Notes: generated from the letters alone by a model not told the origin. A stretch of 64,000 bases of DNA from Oopsacas minuta (GCA_024704765.1 JAKMXF010000344.1:77276-141275); one strand, 5' to 3'. Numbered from the stretch's first letter, positions 12,110 through 26,029 are shown. Translations and numbers: made by a program.

Positions 12110-13443
12110 TAGGCTGTTACAGAATTGATGTCCTATTCCATTATACTATATGCTAGGCAACCACAGCTTCAATTCTTTTCTAAAGATAGTCTATACTTTT
12201 TCTATTTATAGTACAATGCGCATAGTTGATATATCCATACTTGTTCTTTTATTACTTCCTCTATTTACATTGCCAATTTATAAAATTCTTTGAGTGATAT
12301 CTCAAATAATTATGGTCAAGCAACACGCGATTCAGAAAATAAATATAGCAATAGGGATGCTTAAAGGTGAGATGACACAGAGTTGCGTTTCTAAGGAGAT
12401 TGGAGCAAACATTCGCACGATACTCAGGTTGTGGAAAAACCATATGAAGGGAATAGCTCTTGATAACACACTGGGTCGTGGACAGAAGAATCGCTCCCAA
12501 AGGTCGCCATAATAATCATATCCAAGTCACTCAACCAAAAGCAACAGTCTACAAGGAATTGACAAAAAGACTGAAAAGGAATGGTCTAATAGTATCTCAT
12601 ATGACTGTCCAACGTTATTTAAAGACAAATATCGGCGGTAACAGCTACAAGAGACCTTTTATGCCCAGACAATCCCCAAAACAAAAGGGAAATCGATTGA
12701 CTATCTGTAAAGAGAGACTCAAACGGACAGTTGAAGACTGATGACGTGTCCTTTTTCCGACGAGTCTCCTTTTGAAGTCTTTCATACACTAAATAGGCAA
12801 AATGACAGGATTGGGATATGAGATAGAACCTCCATGACTCCTCACGAAAAGTGAAATTTCCATCAAAATTGCATGTCTGGGGGTTAATGTCATATACTAC
12901 GCTCTCAGATCTCCTCATTATTCCTCAGGGACGTATAGTTCCTGCAGAATATTACATAGAAGAAATTCTTGATCGTTCACTGATGATCTCTATCAAAAGA
13001 AAACGAAAACCAGGATCAGTTTTGCCAAGAAAGCTTTGCCGAACATGTACGGGTACATTTTCCAACAAGTTGGAGCCCCTTGACACCATGCCATGAGGAC
13101 ACAAGATGGTGCAAAGAACATCTAAAAGCATTCTGGAAGAAAGGTACCTGGCCTGGCAACTCCCCAGACTTGAACCCAATAGATAATTTGTGGGCTATTG
13201 TGCAAAGAAGCGTCGATGGTATGGAGGAGGCCACCAATCTAAAAGTGCTTGAAAACAGCTAAAAATGTCTGTTCGCAGCTAACCCCTGATATTTTAGATA
13301 CCTTGTTAGTAGTATGCCTGAAAGGTTTAAACCATGTGTTAAACATAATGGTGGATATATTGGAATGCAATTACTGAACTATCCCTTTCTAATCGAAATT
13401 TATATTTATAAATTTGATAGTGCATCAATTTTGTTACACCCTG
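12110..13443 (+). mobile_element. Tc1-like element, TRT-like DD37E spacing, decayed
   Basis: Diverged ~28-bp TIRs (taggctgttacagaattgatg / cagggtgtaacaaaattgatg) with TA flanks. Motifs FSDESPF and FWKKGTWPGNSPDLNPIDNLW. The second D reads V and the E reads D; spacing is 37 after repairing one frameshift. Confidence 0.85.
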
Positions 13444-13569
13444 TACACATGTATTGCTATCTTGTTCTTTATTTTCGTATGTCTAAAACACAATGTTTTG
13501 AAGACCCACCAAATATTTATCTTCTGTTTACTTCTTCCTATCTATTTTCTACTATCTTATCATGATCAA

Positions 13570-15000
13570 CACAATTAGTATCGATCTGTTTACATGGCAC
13601 ACAGCCAAGCTCCTCAATCTCTCTTGTGTCTATGTAGAATGCAATTTAGTCTTTAAACTAGGTAAAGTACTGAATTTATGCTCTGTTTCACAAGACATGT
13701 AGAACTATCAAAACTAATCGACTAAAGAGGTTAAATATTGGATATGTAATGCGGCTCGCTGGCAATCTACTCAATGCCGCGACTAGACCGTCCAGCCCTT
13801 GTAGTCGAACCTTGGTATCCCGCCAAATCTTTCACTAGATTTACTTTATACCAATAGTGGAAACTACGTATATCTCCAATTCTTCCACATCTCCACTCTA
13901 ATCCGCTGCCCGCAGTAATTAAAATAATGGCCAAATCCGTATCCTCATCAGACGGTGATAGACATTGAGCCCTTCACTATCATATCTATTTCTTATGGAC
14001 GTTTGTGCAGTATGACACATCGAAATGTATTGAGAAATATGCCATTCTTTGATTGCTTCGCTATCGTCGTTACTTTTCCAATTCCTTCATATTCCGAATG
14101 AGTACTTCGCCGTATTCTGCTAGCATGACTTGTTCTCACTTTTGGTGGGTCGATTACGATCAGCAAAGAAACATTTGCCAATAATCTCTCCTTGGTTCTT
14201 ATTCTTATCCACGTCCACTGAAGCTTTGTCTACAACTACAATCTCAGCAGCATCCTCGGTTCCAAAGTCAGGACTAAGTCTCCGACATGCATCACTGGTA
14301 GAGGAAGTCTTTACATTTACTTACGGATTGGGTGAGCTGTTGAAGGCACGCCAACCCAAATTTTGTGCTGAATTCTTCAGCTTTCTTTAAGAGTTATGTG
14401 GCTTTCGTCTGACACTTTGGGTCATTTGATTTTCCTTCCGATTTGTATTACTCATAATCTAATTGTTCATTATAGAATCGATCGCATCATTCTGTAATAC
14501 CCACCTCGCGGACAAAGAGGCCGAATCACCTCATCTCCCACCTTATGACCACTCCGCTTATTCATTCTCTGAATTTTCTTTGTCTCCAACTATTTGATCT
14601 ATATATATATCTGCTTCAACAATAGTTCCTAGGAAGTATGCTATACGTTTTCCGTTATCTATACAGAAATGGCCGAGGATTTGCGAACTCAATGGCGATA
14701 GCAGTTATGGGCATGGACTTTGTGGAATCCTTCAGGATGAGGTTTAGCTTGTGTCTAGAGCAATATGCAGACAAAGCTTTGGCTGTTAGTAGCTAGTCCT
14801 TGTGTGGATATCGGTTGTATGACCACTTATCTTTACAGCACCTTCGTAGCACTGTCCCCTGCACTTCATGATGTTCAAACCACAATAACAGATTACTCCA
14901 ATGGTTAATACCGTTAGGTTGGTCAGACTTTCTGCTATTATGTCTATACTATTGGACAGCCAATGTAAAGGGTGAAAGCATAACTTGGTTAAGCATAATC
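13570..15000 (-). mobile_element. Decayed hAT transposase remnant (ZMYM1-like type)
   Basis: KCRGQCYEGA and a frame-shifted YCSRHKLNLILKD at ~14730-14875. The C-terminal dimerisation-type motif LKTKLHST*TQERLRSLAVCHV is at ~13585-13665. Ends were not found. Confidence 0.65.
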
Positions 15001-15473
15001 TACTAAAGATAAGGACTTATCACTACTTGTGATCAGGGAAAAACTAGTAACTTATCCAGGAATTGCGAATGGGGGATAATTATCCAGCTGTTGGTCTGGG
15101 GGCGCTGGAAGTCCTTATGCTATCATATTAGTTGCCTTTCTACCGTTAAACAACTTTGAATCTTGAAATACTTTCTCTTACTACATAGGAATATGTGTAT
15201 ACTTTTGCACAGAGTAACATTCTAAGAAATTTACTATATATAAGTTTGCTTCAATTTGTACAAACTTGCCAGTTAATTATGTGTTGTCTTAATCATAATA
15301 CTTGTACCACAGTGTTTTTATAGCATATTTGAATAATTTTGATACTAGAGTGTAATTGTCATACTAGCCTACATTTATGATATCGGTAATTTCCTTAGTT
15401 ACGGTAGATAATGGATTTAATTATTATGTTGCTGGCACAGAACTTTCGTTCTTATGTTATCCAGATCCATATA

Positions 15474-15637
15474 CAATAGAACCTCGTTAGTATGATCACT
15501 CTTAATACGAATAAATATCTCCTCTAAACCCGTCCCTACAATTGTTTTCACTTGATATTGCTCCGGTTATTATTTACTTAGGATTATAAGTACAAATTTA
15601 GGGGAATGTTCGTGTACGTATTAAGGAGGTTATACTG
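15474..15637. mobile_element. pogo/Tigger-type MITE
   Basis: TA-caatagaacctcgttagta at the left and tattaaggaggttatactg at the right. A further TIR-like start (cagtagaacctgcttaatacg) follows at 15640. Confidence 0.55.
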
Positions 15638-15949
15638 TTCAGTAGAACCTGCTTAATACGAACAAAGAAATACTGTAAAATTTTGTTCATTCCTGGTTCG
15701 CATTAACCCCACTAATACCAATTGAATAACTATAGGCACCTGACTATGAGTATTTTTCGTCTTTACGGAAGTTCGGCTGGTAGCACTATTCAAATACTAT
15801 TATATACGACCATAACATTCTATACATAAAGTATGTGCTGATTGAAAATTTTGAACCAGAGACAGCGATACGTATCAATATCGTCAATTCCATTAGTATC
15901 GCTAAGGTAATAATTGTACATTTTGATCTGATACATATTTCTCTGTATG

Positions 15950-16900
15950 TACTACTACCAACAATCCACGTTATCAAACAATTTTGGGTCGAAATGAAGT
16001 CATCTGCTTATCTAATTAGTAATAAGCGCTTTGCTCTCGAAAATGCCCGAAAACTTTGAATATCTGTTAACACTGAAAATGTAACTTTCGATTCCAGAAT
16101 TATCATTGGGTGATCTGAAGATGTTTTCATACAAAATATATATAAGTATTGTCATGATATATTTGTCGCCTTCCAGATTTATAGTAGTGACCATGTATGC
16201 CATATTTTCTGTCATTATCCATCCATTACTCGGCAATCTTTAATCTTATTACTAAATATTCCTGCAAATGTATAGTTTATACCCGATTTCCTCTATCCTT
16301 GTTACACAATTTGATATATTTCTGCACATTGTGACGCAATCTAACGTATGCCCATAATTGGTAATATTCAGGATTACTTAATTATGTGCAGAGATAGTGT
16401 ATCAAAATGTTTTTCAATGTAATGGGATATCTAGGATACACAATACATTGGCAGGATTATTTGGCCATAATAATAATATGATATTGCAGGGAAAATGTGG
16501 AAGTTTATTACTTAAAAAGCTGCTATAATTTGCTTTTTGTTGCGGAAATTGGTTCAAACAAAGTAGTAAAATATTATTATTCCTTTTCATTACTAACGTA
16601 TAATTTCGGCTTTGATCAATTAAATGTTGCCGAGTTATGGATGGATTTTGACGGAAATATCCCATCCATGATCACTACAATAACTCTGGAACTCACTAAA
16701 TTTATCATGACAAACTTATATATTTTGTATGAAAAATCTGTATTACTCAAAAATCTGGAATCGAAAGTGACATATTTTAACCTAATCAAAGTTTTAAATT
16801 TTGTCATTTCGAAAGCAAAGCGCTTATTACGTGATCAAATGACTTCATTTCGACCCGAAAGATGTTGTTGAACTACATACCAATAATACTTATATCAGTT
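15950..16900. repeat. Old long inverted repeat (foldback-type element)
   Basis: ~15950-16250 is a diverged reverse complement of ~16615-16900. Shared blocks include gcaaagcgcttattac, tctggaatcgaaagt, tatattttgtatgaaaa and ttgccgagt.atggatggat. Confidence 0.7.
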
Positions 16901-18916
16901 CAAAGATACCAGTAACTAGCTCGGAACTTATAGTCACAAATATTATTTCTACATTGGCTATAATATGCATGAAATGTCATTTTCTTAGTTTCATACAAAC
17001 TCTTCCATTGTTTATAAATGAGTGTTTTCTGTATGCTGAATCTTTGTTTCTTCCTTTTTTATATTCCTGGCTGCTGAACCTTTATGTATCATAGGAAGTT
17101 GTAGAAGGTATTTTAATCACCCTATCAGATGTCAAGCCAGATTTTTCTATCTTTTGTTTAATCCCTCTCTGATTTATTGTGTACTGTGTTTCAAACGCTC
17201 AGAATGTGATAGTAATTCTCGGATTTAATATTTGAGGAGTAAATGACTTATATATAATTTGTGTCATCTTGTTATTAGCAAAATACATCATTCAAACTTA
17301 AGATTTATTTTGCTCGCATTACTGAATAAGCCTAAAGGATTATTATTGTTAATGGATATATCACGAGCTCCGGCTTCTATGTCGTTGCTCGTCGGATGAT
17401 TCTACACCCCGAAATTCCCGCATCGGATTTACTTAAGTATAATACTGTTAGCCTCGCGGCGGAGTATAACATCCCTCGTGCCTCGATATTAAACAATAGC
17501 TGAAATCCATGTCTCTCCAAAATATGCTTCAAATATTCATATCATGGTTCTGACTTCTAGTATCATTTTGATATGATGTCTCCTAGGAAATTGTTCTGTC
17601 ATCAATAATACCATGTACGTTCATTTTCAAGATTGAGTCATGTTCGTCAGGGATAGAATATCAAAATGTATTATCAGGGTATGGGAAGTGGGATTTATAT
17701 TTTCTGTTTGTCAAATGATTTGGCCATAACATTAATGATCGTCAATGTATTGGTGAATTTGGCTTAAATTTGCGATCTATGGTGATTGCTGTAAACCTAT
17801 CACTTATCATGACACTTTTTGATATTTTGTATAAAAATATCCTTTCATCCAATGGAAAACGGAAATCAATTAATGAATTTTTACATAATTTTAACATTTG
17901 TATTTAATTGAAATATTTGCTAAATTAGCATTTAGCTTCCGTCATTTCTTCCTGAACATGGTTTTGGATATACACGATGTGTTTGTATAATTATCCAAAT
18001 TGCATATATTCAGTCCAAAATGACCAATTCCATCAATGTATACATTGCCGTATCATATTGCTATACGTTTATGTCTGTATATCTGTTGGTATGTCCAGGA
18101 ATGATTAATTAAACTGGAAGACAACATTACTCATTTTTGACTTCATGCGGTATTTTGGGCCTGGCTCGTAGAATTTCGAGTCTCTGACGAAAATTAGCAC
18201 TTATGGCGAAATTTTTAATTACTTGTTATCGTATTTGATTAGCTGAAAACCACATTATTAGACACTGCTTAGCCAATATACATTTGTGACCTATTTGTGA
18301 ATACAAGTAACTCCTTAATCTAATCCATCACCTGACATCCAAATCTTCACCCAATGTTTACTCATATTTACATTATTACGGTATAATTGTTGTATATATA
18401 TTGACAATATTCATTTTTTGAGATTCTTAATCATCGAACAACGTGTGCCGAGATCAATAACCAAGTGTTACGAGCCTTTCCTAGTCCCCCCTTATGAAAC
18501 CATTAAATGATATTTTGAAGGGCCATGTATTATATATTCCTAAATTTCCGCTTTTATTTCTATTCGAGTTACGCATTTCCAAGCACATCCCTTCGCGTAC
18601 TACCAAAATGCATTATCAATTTTTACTATTAAACTTAAACTACATCTAGGCATGAAGTGATGAGTATGGCCGTCCATCGCGCAACGACCTAGCAAGCGAT
18701 GCACTCTAGGGTTGATTATTTTATATGAATTTTGAAATTATTATGTTCTATTCAGTCTACATTTTGTCCAATTCGGAAGATACTTCTATAATATTTTGAA
18801 TAATTCATTTTCAGTACTCAAGAATTGTCAGATTGGAATTATTCTACTAGTTCAAAGATTCATGAATTAGTCATCTAAAGATACACTTAACCTCAAAACA
18901 CAAGAATTTGCATATA

Positions 18917-19082
18917 TAGTAGACTCTGCTTATTCGCGTTACATAAGACCAGGCTATTTTGACCTGATTAATCGGAAAATAGGTGTTGGCCCGATTTCCT
19001 GGAGTAAGTTATTACTGTATACATGGTCCTGTTTCTGGCTCCTTACTTGATTAACCCATGGTCTATTAAATGGAGTTTACTG
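18917..19082. mobile_element. pogo/Tigger-type MITE
   Basis: tagtagactctgcttat at the left and attaaatggagtttactg at the right form imperfect TIRs. TA is present on the left only. Confidence 0.5.
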
Positions 19083-19421
19083 TGCATACAATTTTTTAAA
19101 TCCGAATTACTGGTTTAGAAATCCATGTTGATTGTCTGGCGATATACGCTTCATCCTAGCATACTATACATTATTCCCAACATTAACTTGTAGATTTTGG
19201 ATTATGGATTGGTTTTGTCGATGTGAAAATTATTATTGATTTTCAAATCGACAAACTGCTTTTTGCGCAAAAAGCTTTGTATATTTTTGTCGAACAACTT
19301 ATTGTCGACCAGTATTGGCTAAAAATTACATAAATGTGACAAAATATGAGTCTGGTGAGCATGCATTTGTTAAAATTTACCATTCTATGCTTCTGTACAA
19401 TTCGATAAAATTTTAATCTTT

Positions 19422-19938
19422 CATTTCAAAGTGAAGGTATGAAATAACCCAGTTCTGTAGAAAATATCTAAAATTTGTAATACAAAAGTTGACTCATTCC
19501 TTCGTTACAGTAGAGACCAGGGATGACACATTTTTGTGGTTATTCAATTATGACTAGATTATCGTGGAAGATATTATTTAATCAGTACAGCCATTTTATA
19601 CAACTTACCTGGCTGATATTACATTGATCTGATATCTCTGAAGTTTAATACTTAATTTCCAAAGTGTCCATATTCTGATTTGTTCTGGATTACCTCACAT
19701 TGGCAAGAGCAACCATACCACAACATATTTTCAGGGTACGGGCAGTACACCCTTCGCATAAAATTACTTTACAAATTTGACGAATACTCTCACGATTATC
19801 GCGTTTTGTTGAATATTCATAAAAATTTGTCATCCCTGGTCCCTAGTGTAACTCAAAGATGAGTCTACTTTTGTAGTCCTAATTATTATATTTTCTCAAA
19901 AGTATCAATGGTCCATTTCATATATTCACTTTGAAATG
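19422..19938. repeat. MITE/foldback element with long imperfect TIRs
   Basis: catttcaaagtgaa...caaaagttgactcat...gaccagggatgaca at the left is mirrored by tgtcatccctggtc...atgagtctacttttg...ttcactttgaaatg at the right. Confidence 0.7.
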
Positions 19939-20553
19939 TAGGATGCAATATTTGTTGTTCTACAAGGTATCGAATAATTATATAATTATCCAGATAATCT
20001 CTTTGCTGGACACATATTGTTGGGCCCAATGTGTGCTAGACTATGGCTTTATATATATATATATAGTTAAGCAATTATATCTATCTTCTACGTATTTTAT
20101 ATATATATACACTAACCGAGCATAATTTTTTCAACACAAATTAATATACAAATATATTGCTTGTTATACAGCGAATATTTGAGTATTCATACAATAATAT
20201 ACCTAAAAGAAGTATATGACGGTGTTACTTAGCATTATCCTCACTAAGTCCGTGAAAACTTGTATAATTGGATATTTTGTAGCCACACTTTGCTCATTAT
20301 ATTGATAATGAGGTAATTGAATATTCAATTGCAAATTGCACAAAGGTCAGATCATAGAACATTTCTGATAGCATATTGGTTTCTGCAGGTCTATATTACC
20401 CCAGTATGAATATTGAAAGTTTACAGCAAATCATATTGACTTATTAGCAATCTCGTATTTGTGCCACATGTGGCACAATTTGCACATATCAAATTTGCTT
20501 GCTCCAATTCGTATGTGGATGAAAATCTTGCACTAATTGACTAATTCCAACTA

Positions 20554-23208
20554 CAGGGTGTCTAATAAGTTCTGTTATATACCAATTCCCCAATTATTTC
20601 AAATTTATCCATTGCAAAGCCATGGAATCCTCTATTTTCTTAGGACTTATGTTCCTAATTACACATTACAAATATCATTCAATATAGCCTCCCTTTTTAT
20701 GAATTACGGAAGTTAGTCTGCCCCGAAACTGATGGACAGCTTTTCGCAGCTTCTCCTGTGGGATTTTCTGCCATTCAATCAACAAACTAACTTTGAAGGA
20801 CTCCAAACTCTTGTGAGATTTCGCACAGGCCCTGCTCTCCAAGTTTGCCCAAACAGAATAATCGAGTGGGTTTAAATCTGGGGTTGATGGTGGCCATTCA
20901 TCTCTACTTATGAAATCGATATTTGCTCTTGGAACCAATCCTGGGATACTTTTGAAGCATGTGCAGGCGCAGAGTCTTGTTGGTAAGTCTAAGGATGGTT
21001 TTGAAAGAGCTTCTCACAAGCAGACGCAATTTCAGCTCCAAAACCAGCTCTCTGTACGTCTGGGAGTTTATTTTCACTCCTTGGGGGACAATAATCAGGT
21101 TTGTTCTTGAGTCTATCGACACTCCCGCCCATACCATCAGAGAAAAAGGCTTCTGGACTCTATCAATGTACTTGATGCTATCTGGGATATCCTGACTTCG
21201 AGAAGCAAGTATACGGTCGTTTTGACGATTGCTTGCCTCCTCAACCGTGAACAGCTTCTCATCTGAGAAGAGAATCTGATCTTCGGTCCCAGGAGCGAAT
21301 CGGGCTTTTAGTAGTATGCATCTTTCGAGTCGCTTATGATGTATGGAGTCGTTAAGATGGTGTACGTTTTTCCTCTTATAGGACTTCATTCCTAGATCCT
21401 CTACAACTAATTTCCGCATCGTTTCGTGATTGACACAGAATTCACGAGACATCTTTCGTATTGAATCCCAGGGATTTCCCAAGAATCGACATCTAACACT
21501 ATTCATCTAGGCTGGTGTGCGAGCGGATCTTGTACGACCAACTCGTTTCCTGTCAGACACGCCCTCAGTCTCTATGTATCGTTTTATTGTGCGATAGATC
21601 AACATGGGATTGGCTTTATCATTTTTAAGCCTTTGTAGAATTTCACTGTTGCTAGAACCAGATTCGTGAAAAGTGACAATTTTTGAACGAATTTCTTCTA
21701 ACATGATTTTCTGGGGAATCATCAACTTGAATGATATATACTTGGATAATTCGGAAGAGCGCCAAAAGTGCTACAAGAAAACCAAGAGTATTACTTCATA
21801 AGTATATTAATAGTTACTGTCTAAGGCACGAAAATGTACAGTCTGTTATATAATTATTTAGAATGGAGATGTTTTGTTACAAAACCTCAGTACTTTGTCT
21901 TACTTCACTCAGGCTACTTGTGTTTCGCTGTCCATAATGGCTTAATGATATATTTTGCTAAAATTCCCTGAACCAAGTCATTATCTTATTTTTCCGGAAA
22001 TTTTACTCTTGAATATTAATTATGACCTCATGTAAATATTCATTTTGACCTCCATTACTATTATTTACCTTAATTATTCCCTACTTGACAATCAGCTCTG
22101 AAAATGACTCAATACGAGAAGAAGGAAATTGTGAAGACACTTCTACAATCCGGGAAGCTTTTGCCCAAGGAAATCTCTGTTAATTGTGGAATTTCCTTAG
22201 CTACAATTTACAATGTTAAACGCCAATTAGATGAAGGTGTACCGCTATCTCACCAAAAGGGCGCACGGAGACCCAACAACTTGCGATCTTCTATCAAATT
22301 GTCTATTCTTCATCGGGTACGATGTAAACCATACCTCTCTTTGCGAATATTAGCAAGTCGTACAGGTAATAAGGCTTCCTATCAGACTGTCAGGAGAGTG
22401 TTGAAGGACAAATCTTACAACAAACCTTACCCTGTTCAGATCCCTATGCTGAGTGAAAAAATCGTATGTACAGGATAGAATGGGCAAAAAAGTACAAATA
22501 CTCGAAGAAACAATGGGCCCAAACAATATTTCTTGACGAGATGTCAATCTGGCTCTCAGGGGAAAGATTAAGGATGTGGACAAAATCCAACAGAAAAGGA
22601 TCGCCCCAACAACGAAGCATGTCCCAAAGATACACGTGTGGGCTGCATTCTCATCTGTGGGTACATTTCCATTGTGCGTTTTCACTAACAATATGAACAC
22701 AGTGGAATGTTTTTAGATATATTGGAAGGATATTTGATAACTCAGGCACTGGTATATTATGAAAGTCACTGGCGATTGGTGATGGATAATGATCCAAAAC
22801 CCACCTCGCAAAAGGTCCGCACCTGGTTGGCACAAAATGTACCAAATCAGATTCCATGGCCTTCACAAAGTCCAGATCTTAACACCATTAAAATGTATTC
22901 GCATGAGTGAAGCGAGAGATACTTAAGCTATGCCCAAGGACAATTCCAGAACTGAAACTCAATTTAGAAGCAGTCTGGAATTGTATTCAACCAGATTTTC
23001 TTAAAGCTTACTGGGAATCAATGCCCAGAAGATGTCAACTAGTAGTAGAGGGCAACGGATATCCTATTAATTATTAAGATTTATTACTTCACTCTCAACT
23101 TGGGGTATATATGGCAATGTATACTGTAACTCTAATAATTTTCGACTTAAGTAACAATTCTAAATATATATGTAACAGACTGTATAACAGAATTTATTAG
23201 ACACCCTG
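20554..23208 (-). mobile_element. maT (DD37D) element carrying a nested Tc1
   Basis: TIR cagggtgtctaataagttctgttata at 20554 and its complement ending at 23208. Motifs LFSDEKLF and EWPPSTPDLNPLDYSVW. Same family as 39138-40449. Confidence 0.9.
21839..23182 (+). mobile_element. Tc1 (DD34E) element, defective, nested in the maT
   Basis: cagtctgtta TIRs with TA duplication (21837-38, 23183-84). Motifs IFLDE, VMDNDPK and WPSQSPDLN. At least four frameshifts. Confidence 0.9.
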
Positions 23209-23832
23209 CTCAGAAATATTTGCAAGTCAGTTCAGTCAATCTACATATAGTGATTTTGTATTTTATCCATTCTGGCGTCAATTTTCTAGTAATGTGACAT
23301 AAATATTAAATTGCTATTAAGTCAATAGGTTGTGCTCTAAAAATTCGAAATATTCGAAATATTCATACATGGGTTATACATGTTCAATTTCATTTGGGTT
23401 TTGCACGATTTGGGAGTGAATATGAAGTTTGTCCATTATTTATTTAGTGAGCAAACCGTATCTAGAAAATGTCCAGTTAGAAGGATATTCAGGGATTTAG
23501 TGAGGATGAAGTTGACAAACATAGTTCAATAGTTCTTTAAGATTTATTTTGGTATAAATATTAAATGTTCGCCATATACACAGGATGAGTAATTGTGTAT
23601 TTAGTTGTCTTGAAATAATTATGCTCGGTTATTTACCTGTTTATAAATTATATTTATAGCATGTATTACATTTGGCTATGTTATTAAAGATTCTATTTGA
23701 TTATGATTACTAAATCTATTCCAATAATTTATGGATTTTTGGAATGGAATTGGCAATTTTTCCAACTCCATCGAAATTTCGAATGGTTTTCCGAAATTCT
23801 ATATCCACTCCAATATTTGTAATCTATCTCAC

Positions 23833-24087
23833 CAGGCTGTCAAAAGGTCCTACATAATCAGGTCTGGTCATCGTAGATAATATTCCCCGCAGTTCTGTTA
23901 CGGCGAGGTCTCTAGACTAATCTGGTAAATTTGGGTCATTTTCATCAAACTTGAGTTCATTTCAAAGTCACTTTCACTTCAATGACCTGAATATGGCCTG
24001 AAATGACCCTAACAGGTCAGGTCAGGTCTAGCCAAGTCGCTCAATAATTTGGTCTGGTCATGACCTGATCTTTTTTTGACAAGCCTT
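23833..24087. mobile_element. Small hAT-like MITE with caggt/acctg repeats
   Basis: caggctgtcaaaa at the left and ttttgacaagcct at the right, with internal caggtc/gacctg repeats. The TSD matches only partly. Confidence 0.45.
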
Positions 24088-24226
24088 ATCCTGACCCTTT
24101 GAGTGTAGTATTTTGTCGTTTGCAAATAATCTCATCTTTTGGTATTGAACATTATTGATATTCTTTAGGTATCTTTTTTTGTCATTGAGGTTTTTTCTTC
24201 TTCCTTTGCTAATATATATTTGTTAG

Positions 24227-24454
24227 GTGAAAGTCTATGGTGACAAAGGTGAAGATGAATGCATAGCTGAGTCGCAACCGTTTGTTCCCTCTTCTGAACT
24301 TCCAAAGAATGCTACAGCTTTACGTGGACGTAGAGGTGCTATTAAGTTAGGAAATGCAAATGAAGTTCAAGGCCACCTTTTTTTGAAGAAATTTTTTCGA
24401 CAACCAGTTTACTGTTCCCTTTGTCATGAATTTATATGGGGATTTGGAAAAGAG
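24227..24454 (+). CDS. PRKCD: Novel PKC exon: pseudosubstrate and first half of C1a
   Basis: ag|GTG acceptor and GAG|gtatgc donor, 228 nt, phase 0-0. ALRGRRGAIK matches the delta/theta pseudosubstrate RRGAIK; HLFLKKFFRQPVYCSLCHEFIWGFGK is a C1 zinc finger. Confidence 0.92.
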
Positions 24455-24979
24455 GTATGCTATTAAATGTTCTACGAACTGTTTTTGTCCATTCTTAATC
24501 TTTCAGACCGGAGCATGTCTTATCATATTTATACTATCTTTGTTGAAATATATGTAACTATTATATAATACACAATTACTGCTTGCCCATATTTTTTCAC
24601 ATGTGATATATATATGAGATTTCTTAATCATTGCATGTGCGATATCAATTGGATTTTCTCAATGATTCAATATTCGTAACTTTGATCAGACGATCCAACC
24701 TATTCAACCAGATATTGGATTCTGGTTGCTATGTATTCTTTTCTATTAGGTGTTTTCTTTAATTGCTCTGATTTCCGTCCATCAGATTAAATTTTGAACG
24801 ATTGTTTTATGGTTGATTTTCGAATTATTGTCCAGATAACCCCTAACTCTACTAAACTCTTACGATCCTTACCTACTATTAACATTGCTCGAAAAACAGA
24901 TGTTTATCGCTAAGAATTATAGTTCAAACACAAGTGGTATTCACCAAGATAATTTTGAACTTATATACGGACTTTAAGT

Positions 24980-25983
24980 CAGTGCTTCTCAAACTTTTCT
25001 ATGTCGTAGCTACAAAATTTCTTCATCACAATTCCACGGACTCCTGCTTTTTGGCTAATTTTAGTAAATATTATCTTATTCTTATTGAATTATATCAGTG
25101 TTATCAATTAACTCATCTTCATCAGAACCCGAATTGTCCTGACAATCTGTATAGGGTCTATTACTCTTAGTTAAATAAGTATCCATTTGTCCTCGCTTTC
25201 GTTTGGCCATAAATTTCTTTTTCAACGATACCAAATTAATAACAAAAATAATAATGGATTTTAGAAAGGGACGCAAGCAATTGTCCGAATTTTATATTAT
25301 ACATCTCTCCAACTGAGGTATGTATTTGTCCGACTAAAGTAAGGCCTGAATGAAGGAAACAGGAACAAACTAGTAGCATGTAAAAGCCTTTGGCTCACTA
25401 ATAAGTGGGACTGAAATCCAAAACTTGTACGACGTAAATACTAGTACCTATTGACAGTGAATCCTATCCTGTGATTTGTAGTGATGGAAATCTCCTTAAT
25501 CAGGGCGATATTTGCAACATTGGCAGTCTATCTAGTTGAATGTGCCACTAGAAACGATGAAATCGCCACTAAATTTGAATAGAAATCACGGGAGTCAATT
25601 CCCCCAGGAAAAATGTGCAAGAATCCCAACTCCCAATTTTCAACAGGAATAATCAATTATATGAGAAGTAGTCCATCCTGCGAGCAATGTAATTGAAATA
25701 CTGAATCGACATATTTCTGGTATACTGAAGACACCTTGAGTATATGTCACCTATCAATTATTTGCCATAAAATTCGGACAAATGCAACTCTCCAATTAGC
25801 AAAAGTACAATCAATTTAAACAATATCAATTGAAGTTCTGCCTATTCTTAACACAGGATGATTGTTGCATTTAACGCTCTAAAAAAGTTTTTCGTAAATT
25901 TCTTTCCATAACCGTTTCGCGGCCCCCTTGAAACCTCCTCCCGGCCTCCTGGTGGGCCGCAGACCCCAGCTCGAGATCCACTT
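24980..25983. mobile_element. Non-autonomous hAT (Charlie-like ends)
   Basis: cagtgcttctcaaact at the left and agctcgagatccactt at the right, with a perfect 8-bp TSD CTTTAAGT (24972-79, 25984-91). Confidence 0.8.
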
Positions 25984-26029
25984 CTTTAAGTGACCTACCT
26001 GTATTACTTAAATATTAAAATATTCAACT

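Larger units (their letters stand above)
3724..24226 (+). other. 20.5-kb phase-0 intron of the PKC gene
   Basis: Donor gtaatt at 3724 and acceptor ttgttag ending at 24226. The flanking exons join in frame (IIIQ|VKVY). A small exon in between cannot be excluded. Confidence 0.75.

Noticed and set aside
9622-12240. A RAG2-like partner gene (ProtoRAG arrangement) in or beside the Transib
   Set aside because: There is no room or ORF for a kelch/PHD protein between the termini. The 3' end follows the transposase stop within ~180 bp.
25277-25785. 19-bp inverted repeat (gcaattgtccgaattttat) inside the hAT
   Set aside because: Possible nested MITE, but no TSD and no family assignment.
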